64,000 bases of DNA, taken from Psammoneis japonica. Taxonomy: Eukaryota. Shown piece after piece: positions 37,001-48,640 of the stretch. The position numbers were made by a program, and so were the translations under genes. How positions within the stretch are numbered: the first letter of the stretch is position 1; each line of letters opens with the position of its first letter. The stretch lies in NCBI GenBank assembly GCA_008632985.1, contig QPGO01000009.1, positions 248,001 through 312,000 on the forward strand, written 5' to 3'. Under the pieces are notes generated by a model, which was not told the origin of the DNA, ran no database searches, and saw nothing but the letters and a program-made list of their open reading frames with translations.

Positions 37001-40000
37001 TCGAGACGGTGAATTGCTACGCGGAGTGCTGGACAAGGCGGCGTTTGGGGCAACCGACTTTTCTTTAGTTCACGCCGTGTACGAGGCGTACGGTCCGAGC
37101 AAGGCGGGGCTCCTCCTTAATGCGTTTGGAAGGCTCTTCACGGCGTACTTGCAATATTATTCAGGTCACTCGTGTCGAATGGAAGATCTTGTCCTTACGC
37201 GGGAGGCCGAAGGAGCGCGACGCAATCTTGTGCAGGTACGTCCCATGGCAGCGACTGGTAGATTGTAGAGCCTGCTGGTTGTTTTGCCCAACTGTAGCTG
37301 CCTTCTTGTCTTGTTTTTTATTAGCGTGCCTACAACACGGGATCACGTGCCGCCAAGGCGTGGGCGGACTCAGAGGGCGGGAAGGTTCAGATACAGTCCG
37401 TTTCTGACCAACCCGGATCGGAGCTACCGTTGAAGCCTTACGAAGCTGCCGCGGCCTCTGCAAAGATTGGGCAGCTGCTGTCGGGAACAGAAGGAACAGC
37501 TAATTTTGCAGCTTTGGATGGCTACATGCAGTCTCAGTTGAACCCGCTTGCTTCAAAAATCATCAAAGCTTGTCTTCCCAATGGCCTTGAAGTTCCATTT
37601 CCTGCCAATGTAAGTGGACGCCTCTACCGAGCTTCACTTTGTTCTGTGTCTCTGTCTCTATGCTAATCCTCTTTCTCTCCATTGTTAACAGACGTTTGGA
37701 CTAATGGTTACGACCGGAGCCAAAGGTTCAACCGTAAACCAGTCTCAGGTGTCTTGTGCTCTTGGACAACAAGCTCTGGAAGGTCGACGGGTCCCTCGAA
37801 TGAGCAGCGGGAGGACTCTTCCGTCGTTTGCGCCTTATGATCCGAGTCCTCGTGCCGATGGATTCATTGCTGATAGATTCCTAACCGGAGTTCGCCCGCA
37901 GGAGTACTACTTTCACTGCATGGCTGGTCGAGAAGGTCTCGTTGATACCGCTGTTAAGACATCTCGCTCTGGATACTTGCAACGCTGTCTGGTAAAGCAT
38001 ATGGAGGAACTTAAGGTTTGCTACGACTGGACTGTTCGTGATGGCGAAGGTGGTGTTGTTCAGTTTCTTTACGGAGAAGATGGGCTCGACCCAACCAAAG
38101 CCGCGTACCTCGACTGTTCCTCCAAATCGTTTGAATATGTTGCACGTAACCACGAAGCCCTCAAAAGGCGAAATACCGCTCTTCCCGGGGCAACTCTCGA
38201 TGCAGCGGCCTTTGACGCAGACAGAGCTTTCGCCGTTTCCCAGAATGATCCGTCTCTGATGAGTAAAGGCTCGTTTGTTCACGCTCGAAGACTTCGAGTA
38301 GGGTCTCGTTGGGTTCGCGGGGCATTGTGCAGGGGTTGGTTTGATGCCGTGATTACAGATGTGCACACAAACGGAGCATTGTATGACTTGGTGTACCTCG
38401 ACGACAAGGCTCCGGCGAAGGACGTGCCCCTCCAGGTCGACCTTGGCCAGTGTGGCGGAAAGAAGACCCGTGCCGCTTCTTCTATCTGCACTTTGATCAG
38501 GCCAGCTGTACAAGATCCAATTCTCTCCGACACAGTTCGTGATGACGGCAAGTATCGTCTTGGAATGAATGGCGCATGTGTCTCCGAAAAGGTGGCATTA
38601 TCCGCTCTGGATGCTCTCACAATTGATGGCGTTGTCAAACGCGCTGTCAGTGGCGCAGGACTTTCTCGAAAGGATTTTTCTCAACTGATGGCTGCAAAGT
38701 ATGGCACGTCGCTATGTGCCCCTGGTGAAGCAGTAGGCAGCATCGCAGCGCAATCCGTTGGGGAACCTTCAACCCAAATGACACTCAACACATTCCATTT
38801 GGCTGGATCTGGAGCTAATGTGACGCTCGGAATCCCTCGACTTCGAGAAATCATTATGACGGCTTCTAAAGAATTGAAAACACCAACAATGTCGGTACCG
38901 CTCCGTCGAACTGTAACTGACAGGGAAGCCCTAAAGCTGACTCGCTTCTTCACAAGGTTAACATTGATGGAAGTGATATCGAGTCATGGGGGTATCAAGG
39001 TAGTCGAGTCGCTGGTTCAGGGTGAAGCTGGTAACTGGGAGCGGGCGTACCAGGTGACTCTCAAGCTACATCCTGCTGAGCGAATCAAGGAAGCATTTGG
39101 TTTGAGTCTTCTGGACATCGCAAAGGTCGTTGCAAGATTGTTTATTCCAAAGCTGTCGGAAGTAATGAAACGAGAATTAAGGCGATCGGCGACCGATGGA
39201 GATGTAGCTTCCATTGATGTTCAAGGCGGTGCTGCTTCAGACTACATTGAAACAACCAACGCGCAAGAGCCAAACAATTCTTTAGACATTGAAGAAGAGT
39301 CTGAAGATGAAGGTGCGGGTGAAGAAATTGATGCAGAGGATGGTGTGATGGCGTCGAGATTCGGACACAAGCGAGAGATGGAATCGTATGGAGACATGGA
39401 TGACGAGGACAAGCAAGTCTCCAAAACAAGTTCCGAAGAAAACGAGAATAGTGACGACGGTAGCGATGGCGGAAAGGATGAAGCGGCTCTTATTACGGAC
39501 GACGAGGGCCAAGGCGGCAGGTTCGAATACGATGAAGCCGGAAATGCCGTCAAGGTGGATATGAGACGCAATTCGCTCATTCTGCAGCCACTGCGCGTCG
39601 ACCCGTCGGCAAGACCGTTGCTCATGGTTGGTCTAGTTGAACGTGCAGCAACTGCTACGCTTGTTCGGACTCGACCAAGAATAAGCCAAGCCTTTATAAA
39701 TGAAGAAGAGGGCGGGCGTGGGCGTTGCCTGCAGACTGCTGGAGTTAACTTTGAAGAGTTTTGGAAGTTGAACAATGTGAAACATAACCAACTGGCATCA
39801 AATGATATCTGGGCGATGCGCTGCGCTTATGGCGTTGAAGCAGCCCGCAACAACATTGTTGAACAGATTCGCAGCGTTTTTGGAGCGTATGGTATATCTG
39901 TTGATCCACGCCACTTATTCTTGATTGCAGACTACATGAGTTTTGAAGGCGGTTTCAAGGCCATGAATCGAACCGGCATGGCAGACGTAAGTTCCCCATT

Positions 40001-40151
40001 CCTACAAATGAGTTTCGAGACTACTGCCTTATTCATGACGGAAGCAGCACTCCGCGAGCGCAAAGAAGAGCTCATCAGTCCAAGCGCTAACATTGTCCTG
40101 GGTCGACCCATCAAGCACGGAACCGGAGCGTTTGAACTACTTGCGAAGTAA
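34073..40151 (+). CDS. RPA1: DNA-directed RNA polymerase I largest subunit; exons 34073-34134, 34305-35970, 36212-36299, 36388-36425, 36543-37235, 37325-37609, 37692-40151
   Basis: CVTC...CPGHAGH zinc site, [29 protein letters not shown]^[14 protein letters not shown]^MN active site, [41 protein letters not shown] and MSFET. Acidic insertion typical of Pol I, no heptad CTD. All six introns are GT-AG and restore the frame. Confidence 0.95.
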
Positions 40152-40628
40152 GTCTTAACGAACTGCATTACCCAATGATATGGTAGTACCGTAGCTATGA
40201 TAGCTTGCTCATGCGACCCTGAGTTTGTTCGCCTCGAGCCGACAATCTTGGCAAGTGGGTATGCTGATTGCCACATTCGGTTTAGCGCTCCGTCTTGTGC
40301 TGTGCGAAAGATCCTGTCGGCTGTCGTTGAAAGGACCTGGTGGATTTTGTCTGTAACTACGTTCCTCTATGTATTTGATAAGGTGTATCAAAGAATCTCG
40401 ACTTAATAAAGCGATGAATGCCTTGCAATGTGATCCGTGGTGCGATGCAAGATCCGTCAAATAAACAGCAGGCGTTGTATCCTTAACGATGAACGATTGA
40501 ACACCTTCGAAGTTGCGGAAGATACAGCTTTCATTGACATAATGCGTGATAGATAACTTTGAAAGCTAGAACCCGCGCATGCCTCTGCTTCTTTCCTACT
40601 AAGAACCTTCCGCGAGACAAGCATGTAT

Positions 40629-40777
40629 TGAATGAACCTTATTTTAAACGGTGAGAGCGTGCATAGTTTCTGTTGCTAATGTGTACTGAGCTAGCTAAGT
40701 CTTGAATGAAACTTATTTTAAACGGTGAGAGCGTGCATATAATTTCTGTTGCTAATGTGTACTGAGCTAGCTAAGTC
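40629..40777. repeat. Tandem duplication of ~73-76 bp just downstream of the collagen-like gene
   Basis: TGAATGAA(C/A)CTTATTTTAAACGGTGAGAGCGTGCATA...GTGTACTGAGCTAGCTAAGTC occurs twice in a row. Confidence 0.9.
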
Positions 40778-40826
40778 GTCATGAATTGCAGCCCTTTATT
40801 CTCCATAACAATTTGTGAGTGATGGA

Positions 40827-43169
40827 TTAACGCGAATGACTTGGCGAGGCCATGGGTGAGTCATCAGGCGAATCCATACTGGGCGAAAAGGCGACAGCGT
40901 CCTTGCCATCCTTGCCGTCCTTGCCGTCCTCACCGTCCTTGCCATCCTCGCCGTCTTTGCCGTTCTTGCCATCCTCGCCGTCCTTGCCGTCCTTGCCATC
41001 CATGCCGTCCTTGCCGTCATCACCGCTGGAACCGTCCTTGCCGTCGACGCCGTCCTTGCCATCTTCACCATCCTTTCCGTCCTTACCGTCGACGCCATCC
41101 TTGCCGTCCTCGCCATTCTTGCCGTTCTTGCCGTCCTTGCCGTCCTCGCCGTCGTCGCCATCCTTGCCGTCAACGCCGTCCTTTCCATCGTCGCCACTTG
41201 ATCCGTCCTTTCCGTTGACGCCGTTCTTTCCGTCCTTTCCGTCCTCACCATCTTCGCCATCCTTGCCGTCCATGCCGTCCTTGCCGTCGGCTCCGTCCTT
41301 GCCGTCCTCACCATCCTTTCCGTCGGCACCGTCCTTGCCATCCTCACCGTCGGCGCCGTCCTTTCCATCGGCGCCGTCCTTGCCATCGTCGCCGCTGGAG
41401 CCGTCGGCGCCGTCCTTGCCGTCCTTTCCGTCCTTGCCGTCGTCGCCATCTTCGCCATCCTTGCCGTCCTTGCCGTCGACACCATCCTTGCCGTCAGCAC
41501 CGTCCTTGCCGTCGGCGCCGTCCTTGCCGTCGTCGCCACTTGAACCGTCCATTCCGTCTTTGCCATCCTTTCCGTCGGCGCCGTCCTTGCCGTCGGCACC
41601 ATCCTTGCCGTCATCACCGTCCTTTCCGTCCTTACCGTCGGCACCATCCTTGCCGTCATCGCCATCGGCACCGTCCTTGCCGTCGGCACCGTCATCGCCG
41701 TCCTCACCGTCCTTGCCGTCGGCGCCGTCCTTTCCGTCCTTGCCGTCCTCGCCATCTTTGCCGTCCTTTCCGTCGGCGCCGTCCTTGCCGTCATCGCCAC
41801 TTGCGCCGTCCTTTCCGTCGGCGCCGTCCTTGCCGTCATCGCCGTCCTTTCCGTCGGCACCGTCCTTTCCGTCATCGCCATCTTTTCCGTCCTTTCCGTC
41901 GGCACCGTCCTTTCCGTCATCGCCATCCTTTCCGTCCTTGCCATCATCGCCGTCTTTGCCATCCTTTCCGTCGACGCCATCCTTGCCGTCTTCGCCATCC
42001 TTGCCGTCGGCACCGTCCTTGCCGTCGGCACCGTCCTTGCCGTCATCGCCACTTGAGCCGTCGGCACCGTCCTTGCCGTCCTTTCCGTCAGCACCGTCCT
42101 TGCCGTCATCACCGTCCTTGCCATCGTCACCGTCCTTGCCGTCCTTTCCGTCGGCACCGTCCTTTCCGTCCTCGCCATCCTTTCCGTCGACACCGTCCTT
42201 TCCGTCGGCTCCGTCCTTTCCGTCGGCACCATCCTTGCCGTCATCGCCACTAGAGCCGTCCTTTCCGTCGGCACCGTCATCACCATCTTTCCCGTCCTTT
42301 CCATCGGCACCGTCCTCGCCATCTTTCCCGTCCTTGCCGTCGGCACCGTCCTTGCCATCGGCGCCACTTGAGCCGTCGGCACCGTCCTTGCCGTCTTTGC
42401 CGTGCCTGCCGTCGGCACCGTCCTTACCATCTCTGCCGTCGGCACCACTAGAGCCGTCCATTCCGTCCTTTCCATGTCTTCCGTCTCGGCCATCCCTTCC
42501 GTCCTTGCCGTTTCTGCCGTCCCTTCCATCGTGGCCGTCTTGTCCGTCGACACCGTTCCTTCCATCTTTGCCATCCTTTCCGTTCACACCGTCTGCTCCC
42601 TTTTCTCCCTTCTTTCCATCTTTACCATCCTTTCCGTCGTGGCCGTCCTTCCCATCTTTGCCATCTTTTCCGTCTTTACCATCCTTTCCGTCTTTGCCGC
42701 GATCGCCCTTTACTTTCCAGTAGACGTACGTTTCCGAATTGCTGCAATCGCTCATACCAGAGACCAAGCGGATGTACTTGTCCATCTTCATACAGACATG
42801 AACGACACCTCCCATGTACATTCCTGGTCCAGAACCTGAATGAGATTCCGGAGAAAGCCTCGTCTCCGACTTTCCAAGATGACGACGACGCATGCTTGTC
42901 TTCTCTTGAGGTTGTTGGACTTCTCCGCTAAGATCAGAAGCACTCAAGTGGACATACTGCTCGTAAGAGCTGCAGCCGTCTCTACTTCCGACAAAGCGAA
43001 CATCCTTGTTGTTTGCAACACATCCATGGATCGAGCCGCTCACACTCAAACTGCGAAGTTGGCGAATGTCGTTTTGCGGGCCCGGTCCGCGAAGGCCTCC
43101 TGTCTCAGCGCCTTGCAAAGGGGCGGCCAAAAGCGCCAATAGCGCGAACTTTTGAACCAGCACTTTCAT
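40827..43169 (-). CDS. Secreted collagen-like protein with ~200 uninterrupted proline-free Gly-X-Y triplets (GKD/GAD/GED/GDD)
   Basis: Signal peptide MKVLVQKFALLALLAAPLQG, two small Cys-pair modules, then Gly at every third residue from ~42712 to ~40900. Synonymous codon variation between repeats supports coding on the minus strand. Confidence 0.85.
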   Translation of the reverse strand: MKVLVQKFALLALLAAPLQGAETGGLRGPGPQNDIRQLRSLSVSGSIHGCVANNKDVRFVGSRDGCSSYEQYVHLSASDLSGEVQQPQEKTSMRRRHLGKSETRLSPESHSGSGPGMYMGGVVHVCMKMDKYIRLVSGMSDCSNSETYVYWKVKGDRGKDGKDGKDGKDGKDGKDGHDGKDGKDGKKGEKGADGVNGKDGKDGRNGVDGQDGHDGRDGRNGKDGRDGRDGRHGKDGMDGSSGADGRDGKDGADGRHGKDGKDGADGSSGADGKDGADGKDGKDGEDGADGKDGKDGDDGADGKDGSSGDDGKDGADGKDGADGKDGVDGKDGEDGKDGADGKDGKDGDDGKDGDDGKDGADGKDGKDGADGSSGDDGKDGADGKDGADGKDGEDGKDGVDGKDGKDGDDGKDGKDGDDGKDGADGKDGKDGDDGKDGADGKDGDDGKDGADGKDGASGDDGKDGADGKDGKDGEDGKDGKDGADGKDGEDGDDGADGKDGADGDDGKDGADGKDGKDGDDGKDGADGKDGADGKDGKDGMDGSSGDDGKDGADGKDGADGKDGVDGKDGKDGEDGDDGKDGKDGKDGADGSSGDDGKDGADGKDGADGEDGKDGADGKDGEDGKDGADGKDGMDGKDGEDGEDGKDGKNGVNGKDGSSGDDGKDGVDGKDGDDGEDGKDGKNGKNGEDGKDGVDGKDGKDGEDGKDGVDGKDGSSGDDGKDGMDGKDGKDGEDGKNGKDGEDGKDGEDGKDGKDGKDAVAFSPSMDSPDDSPMASPSHSR

Positions 43170-44114
43170 GTTGATTCTGTAAAGAGCGGGAAACATGCAC
43201 GAGAGTGTGAGTGACAGAGAGGGACATGGGCTCAGCCATCAAGGGACGAACAAAGACGAACAAACACATCGTCATTGTGATCATGTGATCATGCACTTTC
43301 GCGCCAGAAGCGATGCCGGTTGCAGACAGACGGTGATGCGAGCATGCACGCCGGCCGGCTCGTGTGCGCGAACGTTCACGACACGATGTGGGTCTTGTGA
43401 GTCGAACTATTCGAAGATACAAAACATATCTTTCATCCCAGACCACTGCCGGTACCGGTTGGATAAGCACTATGCAGCACTGTGCACAATGGCATGAGCG
43501 ACGTCTCCAAATACACAAGGAGACTAGAACGCCTCGAAAGCGCGCGATGTGAGTCTGGAGAGTCGACCTATCCGGAAGATCCATAATATCTTTTCTTCCC
43601 GGACCACAAACGGTTCGACAAGCACTTCGCCCTGGCTGTGCATAATGGAATGAACGACGTCTTCAACGACACAACCCTAAGGAGCCTCGGAAATCCACAT
43701 CCACGAGGAAGTCTTCAGCGCATATTGACAACGAAGAAACAAGTTGGAGAAATGGGAGGGCGACAGGGTCACCCACGGCACCGAAAGAGCTATCACAGCG
43801 ATGGAAAGCAGCGAACCGTCTCTTCGTGGACCAATCGGCACTCATCAGGATTGCGCAGTCACTTTGACGATGAGTACAACCATTGCTCTTGCTCACCTTC
43901 ACCTGTTTAGCGGTAGTTCAACTCTTCAATCTTACGATCAAAATGTGAAATTGTGAGAGGCGAGTGCGTATGCGGGATTTTTGGCTGGTTCGTGTAGCCA
44001 TTCGACGAATATCTTTATCGTGGAAGCTGCCGGGACTCTCAAAATTTTCGAAGTACAATTTTGGCCATAACAATAATTTTGTATAAAATTTTATGAGCTA
44101 AAAGCTTCTTCAAC

Positions 44115-44825
44115 GGGCTAATATATTTTTGAACGGAAATATTTGCTAATTCATATATAATCATATGAATAGTTCACATTAAACACGACGAATCGTGAAA
44201 AGAATTTTGATACTACTAAGAACAACGGAGAATTTGTGTCAGACATATTCGACGATAATAGTCGAATGAAGAACATCACAAGATATAACGGAGAACTTGT
44301 ATCGCCTTTTGTAGCTAATATTTTCTGCAACGGAAATTCTGTACTTGGAACAACGGGAAATTTGGCATCGAATCTTGTCGCGCGGCCTCCTTTCCGTGAC
44401 CCCCATCTTTAGCGTGCACAAAATTTTGGCGCTATGATGGATTCTTACGTGGAAGATTCAACATCTACCTCAATAAAGGAGGCTGATATCATATTTGTGT
44501 AGCTAATATTTTCTTCAACGGAGATTTCGTTCTTTCCACCAATCAGAAGTCTTCTCTGATGAATCTTGTTTCAAATGGTTCTACGTGGCGAAGAAGTGTC
44601 TTCCAAGACTGTCAGAGATTTGTGCAGCTAACATTTTCGCAAATTATGTTCTTTCCACCAATCAGAAGTCTTGTCGGACGAATCTTGTCTTAAATAAGTC
44701 TACGTGCCGAAGAAGAAGAGGCCTCTGGATCGGCTCGGATGGGGATGGGGGGTCTTGTACGTACAGCATGTGGCAATCCCCAACGTCTTCTGCCACAATG
44801 CACTTTTCTGCACAACGGAAATTGC
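44115..44825. repeat. Diverged direct repeats at the left edge of the large depleted block
   Basis: GCTAATATTTT...CAACGGA motif at ~44118, 44314 and 44501. GTTCTTTCCACCAATCAGAAGTCTT...GAATCTTGT...CTACGTG(G/C)CGAAGAAG at ~44529 and ~44647. Confidence 0.65.
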
Positions 44826-46399
44826 CATTCCACTGCACGAACTTCGGTCAGACATTGAGTGACATCATCCCCGCGCCCCAGTTTGATTGCCGCTGTAGTT
44901 GTGCTGATTCTGTTGTTTCTTTTGCCCCTCAAGAGCGCGGCACAGTGAGCTGTTTTTTAACTTGCAAGGGCTTGGGATGAAACACCCTTCTCCTTCACAA
45001 CAGCTGGTGCTGCAGCTTTCAATCTCTGAGCTGCTTGCGCAAGAGTGACAGGGGCACAAGCAGCGGCTGTGCGAGGCCTCGCTTTGGCAGAGGCAACAGG
45101 CAGCACTTGCACGATGGTCGATGCGGAACATGGTCTGCAAGCAGCCATTGTTGGCACAAGCTCTTTTTCTGTCAAAAACCTTGCCCCCTGAACAAGCTCA
45201 CCAGCACATCACAAGCTCTTTGCTGCCCCCAGCAGCGAAACAGAGGTGGCAACCCAGCCGCCGCCAGCCTCACCCGCAGCCGCTTTTGGTCTTCTTGCCA
45301 CATGTTTTTGAGCTCCAAAAAAGCTCTTGTGTGACACAGGTTGAGTTTGGCATGGCGCAGCACTGCTCCACAAAGTGCCAGAGCCATTGCTTGAGAGAGA
45401 CAGCACCAGATGGAATGGGGTGGCAACAAATGGATCAGACTTTTTTGACTTCAAACAAGAGCAACCCTGTTTGCAGCAACAAGCCCAAACCAAGGCAAGC
45501 ACCAGCACTTTGGCTCCTGGAGGAGAGGTGCAAAATGCTCAAGTGCACAGCCACGTTTTCAAAATTGCCGCGGCTGAAAGAGCTGCGCTGCGCAGAGCTC
45601 TTGCAAATTTGGAGTGGTGAGCAGCGCATCTCTCAGTCACATTTCTTGATCCAAGAATCTCGCATCTTTTTTGAAGCTGTGTGCAATTCTTGCCATGCCA
45701 GCTGTTTCCCAGAACAATTGCTGGGAGAAGTTGTGGTCTGACACAGCTCTTTTTTCTGCAGCTCTGAGTGAGGTTGAATGCAAAGCGTCAGCAGCTGCTG
45801 CCTCCCATGATGTTGTGTGCTCTTTTGCAAGATCTTGCTCCATGGTGAAGGTTTGAAGCAAGTGGCCTGTGGCAACAAGCTTGTCTTCTGCCAAGCCCAA
45901 CCCTCAAAATGTGGTCATCTGGTCTGCTTTTTCTTCTGCCAGGCCCGCCCCCCCAAAGTTCAGCCTTTGAGACAACTTTTCTTCTGCCAGGCTTGCCACC
46001 CCAAACACAGCGACTGTGAGCCAGCATGTTGGGAAATCTCAAATGAGCCAACTGTGTGGGAGCACTCAGAGCTGTTGGCAAGTCTGGATGGTCAGTTTTT
46101 AACTGAGCTGCACCTCTCTTGGCCCCGCGGCTGCCACCCTGTTTGCCCTTGTTGAGAGCCAGCCTCAACTGCTGCCACATTTTGCCAACTCAGCGACACA
46201 TGCTCTCACTGCTCCCTTGCCTCTCACTGGTCTTTCTGTGTGCCCCCAGTTGCTGAGGGCCACCCCAAGAACCTCTTTGGACTTTTTTAGACTCATGTGC
46301 TGCAACATGCAGGTCAAGTGACTCCTCGTTCTTCTTGACATTGTCAATCTGCACAGCAAGGCACCCTTTCTGCTGTTGACCCCCCTGGCAGGTCACAAG

Positions 46400-48640
46400 A
46401 AATGTGTGCCCTTTGTCAAGCTGCAGCTCCACATGATGGGAGCTTGCAGAGAGTGCCAGCATTGCTTGGCTGGGGTCCACCAAAGACTGCCAAAGCTCTC
46501 AGCTTGCAGCTGTTGCATTGTCTGGTGGTGCCATCATGGGACCCCTGCACTCTTGAGTTGGGAACATCAAATCTGCTCCTGTTGGAGACAAGGTGATGTG
46601 GGGCCACAAAACCAAAACATCAACCTTGCAATGCCCAGCAACAGCTCTTGAAGTCTTGCCACAGACACTGTCAGTGTCCTCTGCTGGCAGCTGTTGGGTT
46701 GGTTGGCACCATCGAATCCTTGCATTCTGGAGTTTGGAGACTTGCTCAAGTCTGCTCATGTTGGGGCCAAGGTGATGTGGGGCCACAATGTCACAAGATC
46801 AATTTTGCAACACCCAGCCACACTTTTCAAAGTCCCCCTGGAGTCCACCAAACACTGCCAGTGTGTCCTTTGTCAGAAGTTGTTGGGATGGCTGGTGCTG
46901 TCATGGGGTCCTTGCACTCTGGAGTTGGGAAAGTCAAGTCTGCTGCGGTTGGGGGCAACATGACACAAGGCCACAAGGCCACAAAACTGACCTTTCAATG
47001 CTCAACCACAGCTCTCAAAGTCACACCTGGAGCCTGCCAGACACCAACAGTGCCCTCAACTTGCAGTTGGGAGGCTTGCTCATGTCATCATGTGCCCTTT
47101 CACTCTGGAGTTTGGAGGCTCAAGCAAGTCTGCTGCCAATGGGGACCAGAGATGATGTGGGGCCACAACACCACAAGACCAGCACAGTTCTCAAAGCAAT
47201 GCCTGGGGTCCACCAGAGACAACCAATGCCCTCAGCTTGCAGCTGCCTGTCAGGTTGGTTGGTGCCATCATGGGATTCCTGCACTCTTGAGTTGGGAAAG
47301 TCAAGTCTGCTGCTGCTGGGGACAAGGCAACATGGGGCCACAACACCACAAGATCAACCTTGCAATGCTCAGCCACAGTTCTCCAAGTCTTGTCTGGGCT
47401 TCACCAGACACTGCAAGTGTCCCCAGCAGCTTGCTGTTGTCAGGTTGGTTGGCGCTGTCATGGGGGGGACCTCTGACTCTGGAGTTTGGTGACTCAAGTC
47501 TGCTCCTGTTGGGGACAAGGTGACATGCTGCCACAACACCACAAGATTGATCTTGCAATGCCCAGCAACAGCTCTTGACATCTCATCTGGGGTCTGCCAG
47601 ATGCAGCTGCTGGGTTGGTTGTTGGCACCTTCATGGGATCCTTGCACTCTGGTTCTGGGAAGCTCAAGTCTGCTCCTCCTGTTGGGACAAGGTGACATGG
47701 AGCAATCACACAAGAAAGGTGCTGCACTGCTCAACCGTGGTGGTTGTTGCAGTGTCACCTTGGCCAGTGCTGTCATGGGGTCCTTTCATTCTGGAGTTGG
47801 GAAAGTCATCTCAAGTCTCTGCTGGCGGCGGTGGTGACAAGGTGACATGGGGCCACAACACCACAAGATCAACCTTGCAATGCTCAGCAACAGCTCTCAA
47901 AGCATTGTCTGGGGCCCAAAAAGGACTGCCAGTGCCCCCCGCTTGTTGCTGTCAGGTTGGTCAGTGCCATCATGAGATCCCTGCACTCTGGAGGTTGGAA
48001 GTTCAAGTCTGGCATTGTTGGGGACAAAGTGACATGGGCCACAACACCACAAGATCAGTGCATTGCAATGCCCAGCAGCAGCTCTGAAAGTGTTGCCTGT
48101 GGTCTGCCAGATGCCACCAGTGTCTTCATCTTGCAACTGCTGGGTTGGTTGGCAACACCACCATGCAGCCCTTTTGCATGCAAAGTTCTTGGGAAGTTCA
48201 AGTCTGCTCCTGCTGTTGGGACAACATGACATGGGGCCACAACCGCCAAGACAGGCCTTGCTCTGCTTGACTGTGGTGGTTGTTGCAGTGCCACCTGGGA
48301 TCCACAAGAAACGCAGCCAGTGCCCTCAGCTGCACGTTGTCTGCTTGGTTGGTGCCATCATGGTGGGTCCTTTCATTCTGGATTTGGGAGTTTGAAGCTT
48401 GCTTCTGACTGGGAGGATGCAAAAGGGCACTGCAGCTGTGCAACACCAGCCTCACACTGCTCAATGCTCAGTCAACCACAGCTCTTGGAGTGTCACCTGG
48501 GGTCTGCCAGAGACCACCTGTGCCCTCAGCTTGCTGTTGCTTGTTGGCTGGGCTGGCTGGTGCCATCATGGGGCTGCTTTTCTCTGGAGCTGGGAAGTTG
48601 AAGTCTGCAACAACCTTCTGGGGACAAGACTGAATTGGCA
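46400..48640 (+). repeat. Diverged tandem array of ~175-195-bp units (family B), about 12 copies
   Basis: GCACTCT(T/G)GAGTT...CAAGTCTGCT...GACAAGGTGA...GGGCCACAACACCACAAGATC anchors at ~46547, 46722, 46914, 47101, 47281, 47475, 47645, 47787, 47983, 48374 and 48580. Confidence 0.85.

Noticed and set aside
40852..42723. 623-aa PSxPS-repeat ORF on +, the 592-aa TART ORF on -, and RRHRP ORFs
   Set aside because: Alternative-frame shadows of the GKD repeat, whose codons produce no stops in other frames. Only the Gly-X-Y frame has a signal peptide and variation concentrated at third positions.
46400..48640. Repeat arrays as possible CRISPR arrays
   Set aside because: Whole ~185-bp units are homologous and diverged, there are no identical short repeats with unique spacers, no cas genes, and the context is eukaryotic.
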